A stretch of DNA of 64,000 nucleotides from Sphingomonadales bacterium UBA2683 (lineage in GTDB: Bacteria > Pseudomonadota > Alphaproteobacteria > Sphingomonadales > Sphingomonadaceae). The translations under genes and the position numbers were made by a program. Below the pieces are notes generated by a model. The model searched no databases. It worked only from the letters and a program-made list of their open reading frames with translations, and was not told the origin of the DNA. Positions 39,324 to 48,696 of this stretch are shown here, one piece after another; position 1 is the stretch's first letter, and each line of letters begins with the position of its first letter. The stretch spans positions 40,626 to 104,625 of the forward strand of contig DELZ01000005.1 in assembly GCA_002354635.1 (NCBI GenBank), written 5' to 3'.

Positions 39324-39580
39324 AACCGGAAACCACTCTCCGGACGGACAAAACTCCAAAGCAGTCCGTCAATCAGCTAGAGTTCCTGCACGCTATGCAT
39401 AGATTCTTACTTGCCGCAGGTTGCCGTGCGCAGAAGCCGAACGAAGGGTGCCGCACGCGACCCATGCCTGTTATCGCGATCTCTACCGGATCGGTTCTTG
39501 GCTGACTTGCCCGGCGCAGAGGCCCCGCGATATCCCGACCATCCGGCGAGACCCGGTCTGGCCGGGATTAACGGGATGCA

Positions 39581-39617
39581 AAAAAAAGGGCCGCGATATC
39601 GTATCGCGGCCCTTTTT
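39581..39617. terminator. Bidirectional rho-independent terminator
   Basis: A-run + GGGCCGCGATA-TCG-TATCGCGGCCC + T-run between convergent genes. Confidence 0.85.
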
Positions 39618-39637
39618 GCTGTTACAAAGCGAACAAC

Positions 39638-40090
39638 CTAGTTCGGAAGTCGTTTGGCTTTGTTGAAGCTGCCATATTGCTCGTTACCGACGAACCCGAA
39701 TTTGGTCACGCCGCTGTCCTTGATCACCGCCAGTGTCCGGTCGGTGGTCAGATAGGCGCTCAGCGGATCAGGCTGGAACTGGAGTTCCGGCTCGGGAACC
39801 ATCGATTTCGTCTGGGCCAGATATTGTTTGACCTGGTTCAGCGTTACCGGCGTGTCGTTCCAGACAATCTGGTTGGTTGCCGTGATGCCGAGACGGTTTT
39901 TGACCGGATCCAGCATATCTTCCGGCGGCGGACTGTCATCCGCGACCGGCAGGTCGATTTTAACCGCGTGCGTTTGCACAGGGATTGTGATGATGAACAT
40001 GATGAGAAGAACCAACAAGACGTCGATGAGCGGCGTCGTGTTCATCTCCATCATTGGCTCGCCATCATCGCTTCCGCCACTCATTGCCAT
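39638..40090 (-). CDS. exbD: ExbD/TolR family protein
   Basis: EMNTTPLIDVLLVLLIMF. Confidence 0.92.
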   Translation of the reverse strand: MAMSGGSDDGEPMMEMNTTPLIDVLLVLLIMFIITIPVQTHAVKIDLPVADDSPPPEDMLDPVKNRLGITATNQIVWNDTPVTLNQVKQYLAQTKSMVPEPELQFQPDPLSAYLTTDRTLAVIKDSGVTKFGFVGNEQYGSFNKAKRLPN

Positions 40091-40132
40091 TCGTGCGTCT
40101 CCTTAACTTTACTAACTCGCTGCCGTTCGAAG

Positions 40133-40654
40133 CTATTCGACGACAATCGGCGTGGACAGAAAGCCCACTTTCGCAAAACCGGCGCGCTGCATCGTATAGA
40201 TCGCGCCGCCAATGCATTTATAGGGTGTGTTAATATCACCGCGGATGTGCACTTCCGGCATATCTTCCGGTGTCATATTTTCGACTCCGCCAAATGCGTC
40301 GATCTGGTCTTCGAGCGCTTTGACAGCCCTGGTCACCAGTTCGTTGGAATCAACCGGCGTGGTGTTCCAGTAAACACGGCAATTTCCACCAGGAGTGGCG
40401 CCTGAATATTCGGGATCACCCGGGTCACGTCCGGCCGCATCTGTCGTCGTTATGGCCAACAGCACGTTCTCGCGCTTGGTCGTGGTCACTTCAAAGGGAA
40501 GCACCGGCAGTTCGAGCTTCACGGTCTGGATAACCACCGGGACCGCGATCAAGAAAATGATCAGCAGGACCAGCATAACGTCCACGAGTGGGGTAGTATT
40601 AATGTCGGATAGAGGAGTTTCCTCTCCGCCACCGCCCCCAACATTCATCGCCAT
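40133..40654 (-). CDS. exbD: ExbD/TolR family protein
   Basis: DINTTPLVDVMLVLLIIF, IRGD...Y, AGFAKVGF. Confidence 0.92.
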   Translation of the reverse strand: MAMNVGGGGGEETPLSDINTTPLVDVMLVLLIIFLIAVPVVIQTVKLELPVLPFEVTTTKRENVLLAITTTDAAGRDPGDPEYSGATPGGNCRVYWNTTPVDSNELVTRAVKALEDQIDAFGGVENMTPEDMPEVHIRGDINTPYKCIGGAIYTMQRAGFAKVGFLSTPIVVE

Positions 40655-40763
40655 AGGATTTTATCCTCTCAAAACTAAATCATCTGAAGGGAACGAAAGC
40701 TCCCTCGTAGTGCGTTGGCCGGGTTGCCAGCCGCCCAAGCGGCTGGCAACCCCGGCCCGCGGC

Positions 40764-41534
40764 TTATTTCTTTGCGGCAGGTGCAGCAGGCTTCGCAGCA
40801 GCTGGAGCAGTCTTCACGCCACCAGCGGTTGTTGCGATCGGCTTAACACCGCCATCCGAAGCCATGTAGCCCAGAACGTCGTTGGAGAAGGCAGCAAGCT
40901 GTTCGGCAATACGCTTGTTGCGGCCCTGCAGCCAGTTGTAAGCCAAAACGGCTGGAACAGCCACGCCAAGACCGAGTGCGGTCATGATCAGTGCTTCACC
41001 AACCGGACCGGCAACGGCGTCAATCGATGCCTGACCCGCAATACCGATTTTGATCAGCGCGCGGTAAATACCGATAACTGTACCGAACAGACCGATAAAC
41101 GGCGATGTCGCACCAACAGTTGCCAACCATGGCAGACCGGTTGCCAGTTTGGATTTGATCAGATCCTGAGACCGTTCGATCGAACCGTGCAGCCAGTCAT
41201 GAGCTTCAACCGGATCGGTCAGCTTGGCGTGATCAGCATCGGCCTTGATCGCATCATCAACGATCTGACGGTAAGCCGAATTCTTGTCCAGTTTCGCAGC
41301 GCCTTCCTTGAGGCTGCCAGCGCGCCAGAACGTGGAGCGCATGGCCTGGCCCTGCTTCATGATCTTGTTCTGTTCGAACAGTTTGGAAAACAGGATGTAG
41401 AAAGACGAAACAGACATGATCGTCAGAATTGCCAGAACAGACCAAGCGATAACACCGCCCTGTTCCATTGCTTCGACAAAACCGAATGCGTTTTGTGGTG
41501 GAGTGGCACCAGCGGCCAAAATTTCAATCAACAT
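40764..41534 (-). CDS. exbB: ExbB (MotA/TolQ/ExbB family)
   Basis: LATVGATSPFIGLFGTVIGI, GPVGEALIMTALGLGVAVPAV. Confidence 0.93.
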   Translation of the reverse strand: MLIEILAAGATPPQNAFGFVEAMEQGGVIAWSVLAILTIMSVSSFYILFSKLFEQNKIMKQGQAMRSTFWRAGSLKEGAAKLDKNSAYRQIVDDAIKADADHAKLTDPVEAHDWLHGSIERSQDLIKSKLATGLPWLATVGATSPFIGLFGTVIGIYRALIKIGIAGQASIDAVAGPVGEALIMTALGLGVAVPAVLAYNWLQGRNKRIAEQLAAFSNDVLGYMASDGGVKPIATTAGGVKTAPAAAKPAAPAAKK

Positions 41535-41615
41535 TTTAACATTCCCCTCAGGATAAACTAATTGCAAAAAAACTGTTGCGGGAAGGGCATCTCGCAATGC
41601 CCCTCCCAATTCATA

Positions 41616-42269
41616 TTAATCGGGTATCTGCCAACGAACGGCGTTGGAATAATAGCCGGTTGTTGGTTCGCCTCTCGAGTCCAGCGAAGGTCTGAACCGC
41701 GCACGTCGCGTCAGGTTTTTGCAGGCAGCTTCATCCAGATCACTATGGCCGCTAGAACCTGTGATCTGACAATCGGATACCCGGCCATCGGCGTTTACGG
41801 TCAACCGGAAACGCGTCGTGCCTTCCCGTTCTTCACGCAGAGCCCGCGATGGATAGTCGTTCGCATTGGCCCAGCTTCCGGGATTACCACGCGGCTCAGG
41901 ATTCGCCCTTTGCGGCGGTGGAGGTGGCGGTGGCGCCGGTGGCGCCGCTATCGGTGCGGGCGGAGGCGGCGCGGTCGGAACCGTCCGGATCACCGGCCGT
42001 GGCGCAGCCACGGGTGCAACAATAGGCGGAGGCGAAACCACGGGTGGTGGCTCGATCGGCTTGTCTGGTGGAGGTGGCGGTGGCTCTTCCGGCTCTTCCG
42101 GCGGCTCCTCCTCGTCAATGTCGATCATATCCAGTTGCGAGGCAACCTTCTTGACGGCAGTATAGGCTAGGCCGGTGACCAGCGCATAGCCAAGTAACAG
42201 GTGGATGATCACGACAAGAACGATCGAAATCATCTTGCTCGAACTCATCTCTTGGTCAGCATAAGCCAT
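41616..42269 (-). CDS. tonB: Energy transducer TonB
   Basis: N-terminal TM with His (IIHLLL), Pro-rich linker, YPSRALREEREG...SSGHSDLD C-terminal domain. Confidence 0.92.
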   Translation of the reverse strand: MAYADQEMSSSKMISIVLVVIIHLLLGYALVTGLAYTAVKKVASQLDMIDIDEEEPPEEPEEPPPPPPDKPIEPPPVVSPPPIVAPVAAPRPVIRTVPTAPPPPAPIAAPPAPPPPPPPQRANPEPRGNPGSWANANDYPSRALREEREGTTRFRLTVNADGRVSDCQITGSSGHSDLDEAACKNLTRRARFRPSLDSRGEPTTGYYSNAVRWQIPD

Positions 42270-42405
42270 TCAGAAATGTAACTCCTTTTTCCCCATCACA
42301 AGGCAGTATACTCCATTGCTGAAGTTCCAAACAAAGAGCGAGAGGTTTGGAAACCTTTGCGACCCTTTATCCCCATGACCACTTTTCGTTCGCTTGAAAG
42401 CTGTC

Positions 42406-42421
42406 TTAAATTCGTTTTAAC
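42406..42421 (+). promoter_or_regulatory. Perfect CtrA-type box TTAA-N7-TTAAC
   Basis: TTAA-ATTCGTT-TTAAC in the divergent tonB / 42534 intergenic region. Confidence 0.55.
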
Positions 42422-42533
42422 GTGCTAGTTCCAAGCAGGCAATCGCTTTGTTGGTTCAGTATCGATTAAGCTGTTAAAGACCCACAATAGGGGCTAAAAC
42501 CCGCCATCCCCAATTGCTGTTTCAGAGAAAATA

Positions 42534-43373
42534 ATGCGCATATTCTTGATGTTCACCCTTAGCCTGTTTTCCACTCAGATAGCTGTAATTCCAGCTTTCT
42601 CGCAGATCATGGAGACGGGTGATCCTCTACAATATGCCGACATCGCGGACCTCGGCACGGATGCGCCTATCATTATTCATATAACGGTCAAAGAGGCCAT
42701 AAAAGTCGACGCGGAACGCGCTCCCAATGCGCCTGCGGGAACCCAGCGCTTTTATATTGTGGCCTCTACCAATGCTCTGATTCGTGGTCAGGGAGGGGTC
42801 GGTGAAACGATTCGCTATGTCGTCGATCTGCCACTGGATGAGCGTGGACGGGCGCCCAAAATCAAGAAGAAGCCGTTCATTATTTTCGCTCGTCGTCCGT
42901 CTGGCGGCGGCAGTGACAATGTCCAGCTGGTCGCGCGGGATGCACAGATCGCGTGGACGCCGGAACGCGAACAGCGCGTCAGGGCGCTGGTCCGCGAACT
43001 GGTCGATCGCAATGCGCCGCCCCCAATTCGGCGCATCGCCAGCGCCTTTCATGTTCCGGGAACCGTCATCGGCGAAGGTGAAACGCAGATATTCATGGAA
43101 ACCGAAAGCGGATCGCCGATTTCGATCACGGTGCTGAAACGGGATGGCCAGCGAAAATTCTGGGCCGTATCGCTCGGTGAGATTGTCGACGAGGCCGCCC
43201 GGGCACCGGTCAGAAACAGCCTGCTGTGGTACCGGCTGGCCTGCTTTCTGCCCCGCCAGTTGCCGGCCAGTGCGCTGGCCAGCGATTCAATGGCGAACGC
43301 ACAGCAGGCGCGGAGCGACTATCAGATGGTGTTGAACGATCTCGGCTCATGCCCAAGATCACGTCAGCCCTGA
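42534..43373 (+). CDS. Secreted hypothetical protein
   Basis: Signal-peptide-like N-terminus, host-like codon usage; no recognised motif. Confidence 0.7.
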   Translation: MRIFLMFTLSLFSTQIAVIPAFSQIMETGDPLQYADIADLGTDAPIIIHITVKEAIKVDAERAPNAPAGTQRFYIVASTNALIRGQGGVGETIRYVVDLPLDERGRAPKIKKKPFIIFARRPSGGGSDNVQLVARDAQIAWTPEREQRVRALVRELVDRNAPPPIRRIASAFHVPGTVIGEGETQIFMETESGSPISITVLKRDGQRKFWAVSLGEIVDEAARAPVRNSLLWYRLACFLPRQLPASALASDSMANAQQARSDYQMVLNDLGSCPRSRQP

Positions 43374-43452
43374 CGGAGCAGAACTAGTACTGGCTTTCGT
43401 CTAACGCGTCGCTAATAAGGCGCCTGCAATTCACCCAAACGCAAAGAGGCTA

Positions 43453-44757
43453 ATGACCATGACCGCTCCGCTTCGCATCGCGCTCGCTGGACTGGGCACC
43501 GTCGGGACCGGAGTGATCCGGCTTATCGAAGAAAATGGTGCCATGATCGAACAACGGGCCGGCCGGCCCATTATCGTATCCGCGGTTTCCGCCCGCGACA
43601 GCACCCGCGACCGCGGCATTGATCTTTCCGCCTATCCGTGGTTCGACCAGCCCGTGGCGCTGGCCGATCAGGATGATGTCGATTGCGTTGTGGAAATGAT
43701 CGGCGGCTCCGACGGCACGGCGCTGGACCTGGCGCGCAAGAGTCTGGCATCGGGCAAGTCATTCGTTACCGCCAACAAGGCGATGATCGCCCATCACGGC
43801 ATGGAGCTGGCCAAGGCCGCCGAGACGGGCAATCTGTCGCTCAGATATGAAGCCGCCGTGGCCGGCGGTATCCCGGTCATCAAGGGGCTACGCGACGGCG
43901 CATCGGCCAACCGGATCGAGCGGGTTTACGGAATTCTCAACGGCACCTGCAACTATATCCTCACCGAAATGGAAAAACACGGCCATGCCTTTGCCGACGT
44001 TCTGAAAGAGGCGCAGGACATCGGCTATGCCGAAGCCGACCCGGGTTTTGACATTGATGGCGTCGACGCCGCCCACAAACTTGCCATTCTGGCGGCCCTG
44101 TCCTTTGGCAAGGCGCTCGATTTCGACGGCGTCGAAATCGATGGTATTCGCAACATCATGGCGGCAGATATCGGCCAGGCCAAGGCTCTGGGATATCGCA
44201 TCCGGCTGCTCGGCATGGCGCGGATTGACGACGGAAAACTGTTCCAGCGGGTCAATCCCTATCTGGTGCCGGAAAGCCATCCGCTGGCGCATATTGATGG
44301 CGCCACCAATGCGGTGGTTGCCGAAGGCAATTTTTCCGGACGCCTGATGTTCCAGGGTGCCGGTGCCGGGGAAGGGCCAACGGCCTCGGCGGTCGTCGCC
44401 GATCTGATCGACATTGCCAGAGGCGATGCGGGAACCGTGTTCGCAGCTCCGGCCAGCCAGATGGAAAGCTGTGAGCGGGCCGAGAGCGGCAACCGCGTCG
44501 GCAAAAGCTATGTGCGCTTCATTGTCGCAGACAAGCCTGGCGTGTTGGCCGAAATTACCGCGGCGATGCGCGATGCCGATGTCTCGATCGAGAGTCTCAT
44601 CCAGACCGAAAAGACCGACGAAGGATCGGTTCTGCTGTCGATGGTCACCCATAACAGCCGCGAATGCAATGTCTCGAAAAGCCTTGCTGCACTAGCCAGT
44701 TCGACCAGTCTGCAGGCCGCGCCCGTGGTCATGCACCTGCTCAGCGATCAGGACTGA
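43453..44757 (+). CDS. hom: Homoserine dehydrogenase
   Basis: AGLGTVG, VTANKA, YEAAVAGGIP, GILNGTCNYIL, DAAHKL, C-terminal ACT domain. Confidence 0.96.
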   Translation: MTMTAPLRIALAGLGTVGTGVIRLIEENGAMIEQRAGRPIIVSAVSARDSTRDRGIDLSAYPWFDQPVALADQDDVDCVVEMIGGSDGTALDLARKSLASGKSFVTANKAMIAHHGMELAKAAETGNLSLRYEAAVAGGIPVIKGLRDGASANRIERVYGILNGTCNYILTEMEKHGHAFADVLKEAQDIGYAEADPGFDIDGVDAAHKLAILAALSFGKALDFDGVEIDGIRNIMAADIGQAKALGYRIRLLGMARIDDGKLFQRVNPYLVPESHPLAHIDGATNAVVAEGNFSGRLMFQGAGAGEGPTASAVVADLIDIARGDAGTVFAAPASQMESCERAESGNRVGKSYVRFIVADKPGVLAEITAAMRDADVSIESLIQTEKTDEGSVLLSMVTHNSRECNVSKSLAALASSTSLQAAPVVMHLLSDQD

Positions 44758-45240
44758 TCATTCGCCGGATGCGGGGGCCAGCGGCCTGATCATCGCCTGT
44801 TTGACATAGTCCCGGTCGGGCACATCCGGCGCGACGGCCTGCCAGACACGGCCGGCAGCGCCACCGACGCCACCACCGGTTCCCCCAATACCGACACTCA
44901 CTATCGACAGGCCCTTGAAACAGTTGCGTTCGTTCATGGTCACATAACATCGGCCTTGCTGGACAATTTCCGGATTAGCCCGGGGCAGCGGTTCCCGGAT
45001 TCTTTTACCGGTTTCCGCAGCCAGTTCGGGAAAGGGCAGTCTTTGTTGGCGGTCGATTTCCGGGATGCCGCACACGACGATCTCTTCGGTCGGCCGATAG
45101 AGAAGGCAGCCATCGGCATCCACAGCGGCCAGTTGCCTGGCATTTTCAACAAGTGCGCTGGTCCGGTCACCTGGCTGCAGGGGCTGCGCCTGCGCGACGG
45201 ACGGTATCAGAAAAAGGATAAGGAAAACCTGTCTCGACAT
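44758..45240 (-). CDS. Secreted hypothetical protein
   Basis: Signal peptide (AQA), C...EEIVVC and CY...NCF cysteine pairs. Confidence 0.6.
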   Translation of the reverse strand: MSRQVFLILFLIPSVAQAQPLQPGDRTSALVENARQLAAVDADGCLLYRPTEEIVVCGIPEIDRQQRLPFPELAAETGKRIREPLPRANPEIVQQGRCYVTMNERNCFKGLSIVSVGIGGTGGGVGGAAGRVWQAVAPDVPDRDYVKQAMIRPLAPASGE

Positions 45241-45303
45241 TGCAATATTGCTCCCCTATCGAGAATTCAAAATCAGCCTGTTACAGAAGGAATAATCGAT
45301 AAT

Positions 45304-46278
45304 ATGCCCAAAGCAAGCGACATATTGGACCGCGTACTCGTCATGGAAATGGTACGCGTCACCGAAGCGGCGGCGATATCGGCAGCCAATCTGATCGGCC
45401 GCGGTGATGAAAAGGCAGCGGACGCCGCTGCGGTAGAAGCGATGCGCGCGGCGCTGAACGAACTCGACATTTGCGGCACCGTGGTGATCGGCGAAGGCGA
45501 ACGCGACGAGGCACCGATGCTGTTTATCGGCGAGAAAGTCGGATGCGGATGCGAAGGTGAAGCCCCGGCAATCGATATCGCGCTGGACCCTCTGGAAGGC
45601 ACGACGATCACCGCCAAGGCCGGCGCCAATGCACTGGCCGTTCTCGCGATCGCGGAAAAGGGCAACCTGCTGAACGCGCCCGACGTCTATATGGACAAGC
45701 TGGCCGTCGGTCCGGGCTATTCGCCGGGCATCATCGATCTCGACAAGTCGGTCACCGAGAATGTTGCGGCCGTTGCCAAGGAAAAGGGCGTCGAGCCGTC
45801 GGAAATCATCGTCTGCGTTCTGGACCGGCCGCGGCATGACAAGATTATCGCCGAATTGCGCGGTATCGGCTGCGGCATCATGCTGATTCCCGATGGCGAT
45901 GTGGCCGGCGTGATCGCCACGTCAGACGAAGACACCACGGTCGACATGTATATGGGCAGCGGCGGCGCACCGGAAGGCGTGCTGGCGGCAGCCGCGCTGC
46001 GCTGCGTCGGCGGCCAGTTCAAGGGCCGTCTGCTGTTCCGCAATGATGATGAACGCCAGCGCGCCTATAAATGGGGCATCGAGGACCTCGACAAGATTTA
46101 TGACCTGAAGGAACTGGCCAAGGGCGATGTAATCTTTGCCGCGACCGGCGTCACCCATGGCTCGCTGCTCGAAGGCGTCAAGAAGCTGCGCGGCGGCAAG
46201 ATGACGACGGAAAGCGTAGTCATGCGCGCGTCGTCGGGCACGGTCCGCTGGGTGAAGAGCGAACATCGCAAGAACTGA
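45304..46278 (+). CDS. glpX: Class II fructose-1,6-bisphosphatase
   Basis: VVIGEGERDEAPML, DPLEGT, DGDV, GGAPEGV, FAATGVT. Confidence 0.96.
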   Translation: MPKASDILDRVLVMEMVRVTEAAAISAANLIGRGDEKAADAAAVEAMRAALNELDICGTVVIGEGERDEAPMLFIGEKVGCGCEGEAPAIDIALDPLEGTTITAKAGANALAVLAIAEKGNLLNAPDVYMDKLAVGPGYSPGIIDLDKSVTENVAAVAKEKGVEPSEIIVCVLDRPRHDKIIAELRGIGCGIMLIPDGDVAGVIATSDEDTTVDMYMGSGGAPEGVLAAAALRCVGGQFKGRLLFRNDDERQRAYKWGIEDLDKIYDLKELAKGDVIFAATGVTHGSLLEGVKKLRGGKMTTESVVMRASSGTVRWVKSEHRKN

Positions 46279-47534
46279 TGGAAAAGACCCTGCCCGGATG
46301 GCTTCTGGCCCGGGCCAGAAAATTGCGCTTCGGCCTGTGCCTCTTACCCTTGCTGGTATCGGCCTGTATTTCTCCGGTAGCTTATGGTCCCATACCCCAT
46401 GGCGACTATGTCGCAAACGACCGCTGTCGGCCGGAGGTCCAGCCGGCGGACCGGTTCGTGGACAAGCCCTATTTTGCCGTGACCAGCCGTCTGCCCGATT
46501 GTCGGACGGAAATGGTGGAGCTGCTCAGCCAGCGGAGCGACACCGTCCGCTACGCCCGTTTCGGTGACCCCACCGAGATGGAAATCACCGACGCCAAGGG
46601 CAAGGTTAAGACGCAGAATCGTATTCCGCTTGCCCTGAACAATGACCAGCAATGGTGGGAGGATCTGGCGGCGGAAATGCAAAAGCGCGATGGCCGTGTC
46701 CTGCTCTATGTGCACGGATTTCGGGAGACTTTCTTTACCAGTGCCCGCGACAGCGCGCAGATTGCCCGGCTTTCGGGGCTGGATATACCGATGGTGCATT
46801 ACAGCTGGCCCTCGCAGGGCGAGTTTCTGAAATATGCCGCCGACGAAACCAACATGTATTACAACGAACGCCAGTTTCGCAGCTTTTTGACCAAGCTGGC
46901 GCAACAGCCATGGACAAAGGAAATCATTCTGGTCGCCCATTCTCTGGGCGTACGCCTGGTGATTCCCGCGATCGAATTTGTCGATCGCAACAGCAGCAAT
47001 GCCGATTCGAGCAATATTTCCAATATCATCCTCGCGTCACCGGATATCGACCGCCAGGATTTCGAGCGCGACATTGCGGAAACCGTGCTCACCATGCGCC
47101 GGGTCAACAATGACCGCCGGATCACGGTCTATGTATCGGCAAAAGACCGTGCGCTGGGCCTGTCCTACAATTTCCATGGCTATCCCAGACTGGGCCGCCC
47201 GGACTGCTTCAATCCCTTCGAGGCAGCCGCGTTGCGGCAGGCGGGCCATCCCGAGCGATGCTATGCCGCCAAGACCGAATATGACACGCAGCCGGACAAG
47301 AGCGGACTGACCATTGTCGACACCACCGCGATCAGCCGCGGCCAGACCGGGCACAGCGACTATCTGCGCAGCGCACTGGCCTGTTCCGATTTCGCTGCAG
47401 TCATCAATGGTACAACGAACAAGGCAAGCACGCGCAAACCTACTCGACTGCTGCATGTTTTCGCACTGGAAGCCGATCCCGACGATCCAGAGCCTGATCA
47501 TGTCTCGGTCTGTCGCCGTCAGCCGAAACCGTGA
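46278..47534 (+). CDS. DUF900-type alpha/beta hydrolase, probable lipoprotein
   Basis: Lipobox LVSAC, YVHGF, YSWPSQG, VAHSLG, ASPDID, GHSDY. Confidence 0.8.
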   Translation: MEKTLPGWLLARARKLRFGLCLLPLLVSACISPVAYGPIPHGDYVANDRCRPEVQPADRFVDKPYFAVTSRLPDCRTEMVELLSQRSDTVRYARFGDPTEMEITDAKGKVKTQNRIPLALNNDQQWWEDLAAEMQKRDGRVLLYVHGFRETFFTSARDSAQIARLSGLDIPMVHYSWPSQGEFLKYAADETNMYYNERQFRSFLTKLAQQPWTKEIILVAHSLGVRLVIPAIEFVDRNSSNADSSNISNIILASPDIDRQDFERDIAETVLTMRRVNNDRRITVYVSAKDRALGLSYNFHGYPRLGRPDCFNPFEAAALRQAGHPERCYAAKTEYDTQPDKSGLTIVDTTAISRGQTGHSDYLRSALACSDFAAVINGTTNKASTRKPTRLLHVFALEADPDDPEPDHVSVCRRQPKP

Positions 47535-47555
47535 TTCCCAGAATGTCCAGAATCC

Positions 47556-48143
47556 ATGCAAAGCACTTCCCGCAATCTGGATGAGCTACTGGCGGACGTG
47601 CGGGCCTGCACCATCTGCAACGGCCTGCCGCTTGGCCCCCGGCCCCTGCTGCAAGCCTCTGCCGACGCGCGGATTCTGATTGTCGGCCAGGCACCGGGCA
47701 GCAAGACCCATATAAAGGGCCGACCGTTCGACGATGCCAGCGGCATGCGGCTGCGCGAATGGCTGGGCGCGACCGAGGCGCAATTTTACGATCCGCACCT
47801 GTTTGCGATCCTGCCGATGGGCTTCTGCTATCCCGGCACCGGCACCGGCGGCGATCTGCCACCCCGGGCAGAATGCGCCCCCGCGTGGCGCAAGCCTCTG
47901 CTGGAAGCGATGCCGGCGATCGGTCTGACTCTGGTCCTCGGCCAATATGCGCTCGACTGGCATGTCGGGGACGCCCGCTCGAAGACGCTGACCGCAACCG
48001 TGCAGCGCTGGCGGGAGTTCTGGCCGGAGCTGCTGCCCCTGCCCCACCCCAGCCCGCGCAATATCCGATGGTTTCGAGCCAATCCCTGGTTCGAGGCCGA
48101 GGTTATTCCGGTCCTCCGCGACCGCGTGCAGGCGCTGATCTAG
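47556..48143 (+). CDS. Uracil-DNA glycosylase family protein
   Basis: VGQAPG, PFDDASG, PMGFCYPG, LPHPSPRN. Confidence 0.9.
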   Translation: MQSTSRNLDELLADVRACTICNGLPLGPRPLLQASADARILIVGQAPGSKTHIKGRPFDDASGMRLREWLGATEAQFYDPHLFAILPMGFCYPGTGTGGDLPPRAECAPAWRKPLLEAMPAIGLTLVLGQYALDWHVGDARSKTLTATVQRWREFWPELLPLPHPSPRNIRWFRANPWFEAEVIPVLRDRVQALI

Positions 48144-48631
48144 AACACGCCCATCGCCAGCCCGGCGGACAGTGTCGCTCCGATTTCCCGGCAGGATTCA
48201 AGGTCCTCTTCACCGATCATCTTCGGTGCGAGAATTGCCGCTTCGGTTTGCGCATGGGTGCAGACAATCAGCGAATCGGTCACTTTCTTCAGCCGCCAGC
48301 CGGTGGCGATCCGTTCCAGCTGCCGCTGTGCATTCTCGCCATCCGAACCTGCGCAGATCATCGCGGCATAAGGCCGCCCTTCGATCCTGCCCAGCACCGG
48401 ATAGTAGCAGCGGTCAAGAAAGGCTTTCATCACACCGGCAATGGCCGCCAGATTTTCCGGTGTCGCGAAAATATAGCCGTCGGCAGCCAGCATGTCATCC
48501 GGCTGGCAATCCTCTGCCCGCATCAGACGTACATCCGTGCCTTCCTCATCCCGCGCGGCCGCAGCCGCTGCCTCGGCCATCTGTTCGGTGCCGCCGGTAT
48601 AGCTGTAGTAGACGATCAGAAGCGTTTTCAT
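48140..48631 (-). CDS. Flavodoxin/WrbA-like protein
   Basis: IVYYSYTGGTEQMA, FATPENLA, AGSDG. Confidence 0.85.
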   Translation of the reverse strand: MKTLLIVYYSYTGGTEQMAEAAAAAARDEEGTDVRLMRAEDCQPDDMLAADGYIFATPENLAAIAGVMKAFLDRCYYPVLGRIEGRPYAAMICAGSDGENAQRQLERIATGWRLKKVTDSLIVCTHAQTEAAILAPKMIGEEDLESCREIGATLSAGLAMGVF

Positions 48632-48696
48632 CGCTGCCCTCCTAGCAGCGAACTGACCGATTGTCAGCGCCGCCGGATTCCCGCATAGCGCGGACC

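Noticed and set aside
39638-40654. Tandem exbD paralogs
   Set aside because: A common arrangement in TonB-rich alphaproteobacteria.
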